Origin: Chitinophagaceae bacterium
GTDB lineage: Bacteria; Bacteroidota; Bacteroidia; Chitinophagales; Chitinophagaceae
Assembly: GCA_019455085.1 (NCBI GenBank)
Contig: JACFNA010000002.1
Span: 1-53,267, forward strand
DNA length: 53,267 nt
Direction of reading: 5' to 3'
Shown: piece after piece, positions 48,813-53,267 of the stretch
How the letters are laid out: each line of letters begins with the position of its first letter
How positions within the stretch are numbered: the first letter of the stretch is position 1
Position numbers and translations under genes: made by a program
The notes under the pieces: generated by a model
What the model saw: only the letters and a program-made list of their open reading frames with translations
The model's database searches: none
What the model was told of the DNA's origin: nothing

Positions 48813-49712
48813 ATGATGCAATATAAGAAATTGGGGAAGTCGGATCTCACTATAAGTCGTATTGGATATGGGTGTATGAGCCTGCATCCCGAACAGAAAG
48901 ACTTTCTAAGCCTGATCGATAGAGCGCTGGATTTGGGAATTAATTATTTTGACACGGCCGACCTTTATGACAAAGGTGGAAATGAATTAATGCTGGGAAA
49001 GGCATTTAAGGGGCGGCGCGACAAAGTAATCATTGCCTCGAAAGCCGGAAACCAATGGCGTCCGGATGGTAGTGGGTGGGACTGGAATCCCCGGAAAGAA
49101 TATATTTTAAAATGTGCAGAAGAAAGCCTGAAGAGGTTACAAACAGATTATCTGGATCTTTTTATGCTGCACGGTGGCACCATTCAGGACGATATTATGG
49201 AGTCTGTTAGCGCTTTTGAACAACTATTAAAAGAAGGGAAAATAAGATATTACGGACTCTCTTCCATACGCCCGAATGTAATCAAAGTGCATACAGCTTA
49301 TGGAAAAGTGGTGTCGTTAATGACACAGTTCAGCCTATTGGACAGGAGGCCCGAAGAAGCCACGCTTAACCTTATGCAGGAAAATAATATTGGCGTTCTT
49401 GTGCGGGGCAGTGTGGCGTCCGGATTATTGGTTGATAAACCGGCCAGGGACTATCTCGGGCACACATCAGCGCAGGTGGCAGAAGCCGCACTTGCGGTAA
49501 AGGCGGTTTCGCAAAGCGGGAGGACGCCGGCACAAACTGCGATTCAGTATGTGCTTCAACCCCCGGCGGTCACCTCCGCAGTGGTGGGTATGCGCACTCC
49601 ACAACAACTCGAAGAAGCCGTCGGCGCTGTAAGTGCGCCTCAAATGACACCAGAAGAAATAAAATATTTGCAGACCCACATTCCGGCTAGAAAATATGAG
49701 TCACACAGATAA
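48813..49712 (+). CDS. Aldo/keto reductase
   Basis: [30 protein letters not shown] and [10 protein letters not shown]. Confidence 0.92.
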   Translation: MMQYKKLGKSDLTISRIGYGCMSLHPEQKDFLSLIDRALDLGINYFDTADLYDKGGNELMLGKAFKGRRDKVIIASKAGNQWRPDGSGWDWNPRKEYILKCAEESLKRLQTDYLDLFMLHGGTIQDDIMESVSAFEQLLKEGKIRYYGLSSIRPNVIKVHTAYGKVVSLMTQFSLLDRRPEEATLNLMQENNIGVLVRGSVASGLLVDKPARDYLGHTSAQVAEAALAVKAVSQSGRTPAQTAIQYVLQPPAVTSAVVGMRTPQQLEEAVGAVSAPQMTPEEIKYLQTHIPARKYESHR

Positions 49713-50259
49713 AAAAATCCGGGGCAGGATCGAAGTAATAAAAGGGGATATCACTAAGATAAATGCAGATGCGATTGTGAATGCAGCTAATAGCAGCCTT
49801 ATGGGTGGAGGCGGGGTAGATGGTGCCATCCATTCAAAGGGCGGAAGCGCTATTTTAGATGCATGTAAGGAAATTATTGCCCAAATTGGCCATTGCCCTA
49901 CCGGGGAGGCGGTAATAACTACCGGGGGGAACCTGCCTGCAAAGCATGTGATTCACACCGTAGGGCCTGTGTGGCAGGGAGGGAAAAACGGGGAGACCGT
50001 AAAGCTGATTCAATGCTATAAAAACTCGCTGCTTCTGGCAGCAAAACAAGGGTTTCGCGTGATAGCCTTCCCAAATATCAGTACGGGGGTATATAATTAT
50101 CCAAAGGATGAGGCAGCAGCAGTGGCTGTCCACACTACCATAGATTTCCTTCTGGATAATCCTCTCCCGGAAAAAGTTGTATTCTGTTGTTTTGATACTA
50201 CCAATTACAATTGGACAGATTTTTATCTACAAACTTATTTGAAGGAAGAATCGAAGTAG
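49696..50259 (+). CDS. Macro domain O-acetyl-ADP-ribose deacetylase (YmdB-like)
   Basis: [28 protein letters not shown] and ISTGVY. Confidence 0.92.
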   Translation: MSHTDKKIRGRIEVIKGDITKINADAIVNAANSSLMGGGGVDGAIHSKGGSAILDACKEIIAQIGHCPTGEAVITTGGNLPAKHVIHTVGPVWQGGKNGETVKLIQCYKNSLLLAAKQGFRVIAFPNISTGVYNYPKDEAAAVAVHTTIDFLLDNPLPEKVVFCCFDTTNYNWTDFYLQTYLKEESK

Positions 50260-50406
50260 CAGAAAAAGTGCGTTCGTATTTCTAATAAAATAACTTTGGT
50301 TAGGTTTTTGTGAAAAGAGGTTTCCGAAAAGAATGAGAGAAACCGGTTAAAAGTAGAGAGGTAATGCTGCTTCTGTCAATTAAGTAAACATTTAAAAAAC
50401 ATTTTT

Positions 50407-51816
50407 ATGGCAAAGGGGGGATATGATTTCGGAATGGTGGGTCTTGGTGTTATGGGTAGTAACCTGTTGCTCAATATGGCAGACCATGGTTATGCAGTGG
50501 CCGGATTTGACCTGAACGAAGAGAAAGCAAAGAAATTCGAAGCATCCGGACAACAGGGTCAAAAGCTAAAGGGGGTAAATACTTTGCAGGATCTGGTAGA
50601 TTGCCTGGACAAGCCGCGCAAGATTATGATGCTGGTGCCGGCGGGCAAGGCTGTAGATAGTGTGATCAATCAATTAAAACCACTGCTTGACAAGGGAGAT
50701 ATCATTATCGATGGGGGCAACTCACATTATACCGATACTGTCGAAAGAATAAACAGGCTGAAAGACAGTGGGATCCATTTTATGGGGGTGGGTATTTCCG
50801 GAGGAGAAGAGGGCGCGCGCCGTGGGCCAAGTATTATGCCCGGTGGTGACAAGGAAGCGTATAAAGTAGTGGGGCCGATTCTGGAAGCAGTTTCTGCCAA
50901 AGTTCATGGCGAACCCTGTGTGGGATATCTTGGAAATGATGCTGCGGGGCATTATGTGAAGATGGTACACAATGGGATTGAGTATTCCATTATGCAACTG
51001 ATTTCAGAGTGTTACGACCTTATGAAACATGGGCTCGGGCTTTCCAATCCACAGCTCTCAGAAGTATTTGGCAGATGGAATTCAGGAGAGATGGAGTCTT
51101 TTCTATTGGAGATAACTGCTGAGATATTCAAGAAAAAAGACCCCGAAACCGGTGGTTTTCTTATCGATTATATATCTGACAGGGCCGGGGCTAAAGGAAC
51201 AGGAAAGTGGACTTCTCAATCTGGGCTTGATTTACTGATTCCTGTGCCCAACATTGATGTGGCAGTGATGGCGCGGAACCTTTCCGGCCTTCTGGAAGAG
51301 AGAAAAGAAGCGGCTCCGCTTTATGGTACTCGCGAACAGCCTATTGCACTTGAAGAAGAGAATCTTGAATCGCTGATTAAAGACAGCCTTCAGTTTGCCA
51401 CCCTGATTAGCTATGTGCAGGGGCTGGCCATGATAACGGCAGCTTCGCATGAATTAAATATGGAAATTCCTCTGGAAGATGTGGTGAAGGTGTGGAGAGG
51501 AGGTTGTATTATTCGTGCTGCATCGCTGGAGGTGTTTGCAGGAATTTATCACAAACAACCCGGCCTTAAGAACCTGATGCTCGATAAAGACTTCGCCGCC
51601 ACTTTGGAAGAGAAGCTCCCCGCAATCAGGAAGGTGGTTTCACTTGCCGCAGGAAATAATTATCCGACACCCGGACTTATGGCGGCGTTGTGTTATTTTA
51701 ACGGATATCGAAGAAGCTATCTGCCGACCAATCTGGTACAGGCACAGCGGGATTTCTTTGGGGCGCATACTTATGAAAGAGTTGATAAAGAGGGTATATT
51801 TCATACAGAATGGTAA
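50407..51816 (+). CDS. gnd: 6-phosphogluconate dehydrogenase (NADP-dependent, decarboxylating)
   Basis: GLGVMG, IDGGNS, SGGEEGA, KMVHNGIEY, KGTGKWT, WRGGCIIR and QAQRDFFGAHTY. Confidence 0.97.
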   Translation: MAKGGYDFGMVGLGVMGSNLLLNMADHGYAVAGFDLNEEKAKKFEASGQQGQKLKGVNTLQDLVDCLDKPRKIMMLVPAGKAVDSVINQLKPLLDKGDIIIDGGNSHYTDTVERINRLKDSGIHFMGVGISGGEEGARRGPSIMPGGDKEAYKVVGPILEAVSAKVHGEPCVGYLGNDAAGHYVKMVHNGIEYSIMQLISECYDLMKHGLGLSNPQLSEVFGRWNSGEMESFLLEITAEIFKKKDPETGGFLIDYISDRAGAKGTGKWTSQSGLDLLIPVPNIDVAVMARNLSGLLEERKEAAPLYGTREQPIALEEENLESLIKDSLQFATLISYVQGLAMITAASHELNMEIPLEDVVKVWRGGCIIRAASLEVFAGIYHKQPGLKNLMLDKDFAATLEEKLPAIRKVVSLAAGNNYPTPGLMAALCYFNGYRRSYLPTNLVQAQRDFFGAHTYERVDKEGIFHTEW

Positions 51817-51854
51817 AACATTACAGATTCATTTTTCAGATTAAACGTTAATAA

Positions 51855-53267
51855 ATGTTAGATTACAAAAAACTTTCTTCTACTATAATTTTCATTTTTG
51901 GTGGCAGTGGCGATTTGAATTTCCGTAAACTCACGCCGGCACTTTATAATTTATATCTGGATGATGCGCTTCCTGAGAAATTTAATATTGTGGGCGTGAG
52001 CCGGACAGATTATACAGATGCAGCATATAAGAAACACCTGTTGGAAGGTGTGAGCCAGTTCTCAAGGAATAAGCCCGGAGAGGAGAGTTGGGCTGCATTT
52101 TCAAAGCATATATCCTACATAAAAATGGATATCAATGAAAAGAGCCATTATGAGCAGTTGGAGAAGATTGTAGATGCCCACAAGCAGAAATATAATGAGA
52201 CACCCAGTGTTGTATTTTATATGGCGGTAGCGCCCCAACTGGTGCCGGTGATTATAAAACCATTGAGCGAGCTAAAGTTCTGTCACGAAGTACGTACAAC
52301 CAGGTTGGTTATAGAAAAACCATTTGGCCATGATCTCGATAGCGCACGTGAGATGAACTCAATCCTTACCAAATACTTTGACGAAGAGCAGATATACAGG
52401 ATAGACCATTATCTGGGAAAGGAAACCGTGCAGAATATACTTGCATTTCGTTTTGCCAATGCACTTTTTGAGCCGATATGGAACCGCAACTACATAGACC
52501 ACGTGCAGATATCTGCCACAGAGACAGTGGGTGTAGAAGGAAGGGGCGGGTATTATGAAAATGCAGGTGCGCTGCGCGATATGATCCAGAACCATATTCT
52601 GCAATTATTGTGTATGGTGGCAATGGAACCGCCGGTGAGCTTTAATGCCAATGAAATCAGAAACAAGAAAGTGGATGTGCTCAAAGCCGTGCGCAGGATT
52701 GACAAGTCGAATGTGCAGGACTATGCCGCCCGCGGGCAGTATCGCAAAGGGTGGCTGAAAGGCCAGGAGGTAGAAGGCTACAGGAACGAGAAAGATGTTA
52801 ATCCTGATTCAGAAACTGAGACTTTCGCCGCCGCAAAGTTTTTTATTGACAACTGGAGGTGGGAAGGAGTTCCGTTTTATGTCAGAACGGGAAAACGCAT
52901 GCATGTAAAATCAACGGAGATTACAATTCAGTTTAAACGTGCACCCGACTATGCATTTCCGAAGGAAGCCGCAGACACATGGAGGCCCAACAGGCTTTCT
53001 ATAGGAATATCTCCGGAGATGGATGTGTGCCTCAGGTTTCAGGCAAAGCGCCCGGGCCAATCGATGATTCTGAACCCGGTAGATATGGTTTTTAATTATA
53101 AAGATTCTTACGAAGGCGAGGAACCGGAAGCGTATGAGACTTTGTTATACGATGTAATGGACGGAGACGCCACGTTATTTATGAGAGCTGATCAGGTGGA
53201 GGCAGCATGGGAAATTGTGATGCCCATTCTGGAGGTCTGGAAACAACGCAAGCCGGTAGGTTTTCCT
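51855..53267 (+). CDS. zwf: Glucose-6-phosphate 1-dehydrogenase (3' truncated by the window edge)
   Basis: Manual translation from ATG 51855: MLDYKKLSSTIIFIFGGSGDL..., EKPFG, YRIDHYLGKETVQN, RDMIQNH and PEAYE.LL. Confidence 0.96.
   Translation, partial: MLDYKKLSSTIIFIFGGSGDLNFRKLTPALYNLYLDDALPEKFNIVGVSRTDYTDAAYKKHLLEGVSQFSRNKPGEESWAAFSKHISYIKMDINEKSHYEQLEKIVDAHKQKYNETPSVVFYMAVAPQLVPVIIKPLSELKFCHEVRTTRLVIEKPFGHDLDSAREMNSILTKYFDEEQIYRIDHYLGKETVQNILAFRFANALFEPIWNRNYIDHVQISATETVGVEGRGGYYENAGALRDMIQNHILQLLCMVAMEPPVSFNANEIRNKKVDVLKAVRRIDKSNVQDYAARGQYRKGWLKGQEVEGYRNEKDVNPDSETETFAAAKFFIDNWRWEGVPFYVRTGKRMHVKSTEITIQFKRAPDYAFPKEAADTWRPNRLSIGISPEMDVCLRFQAKRPGQSMILNPVDMVFNYKDSYEGEEPEAYETLLYDVMDGDATLFMRADQVEAAWEIVMPILEVWKQRKPVGFP

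Noticed and set aside
49696-50259. Macro domain protein as part of a defence or toxin-antitoxin system
   Set aside because: It is a canonical YmdB-like stand-alone protein in a housekeeping context, with no ADP-ribosyltransferase or sirtuin partner.

Overview
A 53 kb chromosomal segment from a Bacteroidota bacterium, probably Chitinophagaceae-like. The assignment rests on TAnnTTTG promoters, a T9SS C-terminal domain and DUF1573 proteins. Most of the window is housekeeping: nuoABCDEFG, obgE, ctaA, rnhB, ligA, paaEABCD, uvrD, nfu, pnuC/nadR-like, dacB, ppiD-like, mnmG, ybeY, nadD, a fused E1 dehydrogenase, gnd and zwf. It appears to span the replication origin: there is a DnaA-box/DnaA-trio/DUE intergenic region at about 37.8-38.3 kb and two parS sites beside mnmG. 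The strongest candidate for an undescribed system is a tightly coupled, AT-richer four-gene operon at 27.9-32.3 kb. It encodes a MoxR AAA+ ATPase, an unknown 154-aa protein, a HEXXH-peptidase/vWA protein and a divergent MetK. This MetK keeps the ATP/triphosphate/metal-binding residues but has lost the methionine-binding ones. Other points of interest are a candidate orphan sRNA (20.26-20.45 kb), a large secreted protein with a caspase-like His/Cys dyad, a frameshifted korB, apparently leaderless core genes and a heptamer tandem repeat. All calls come from reading motifs by eye; no database searches or computations were run.
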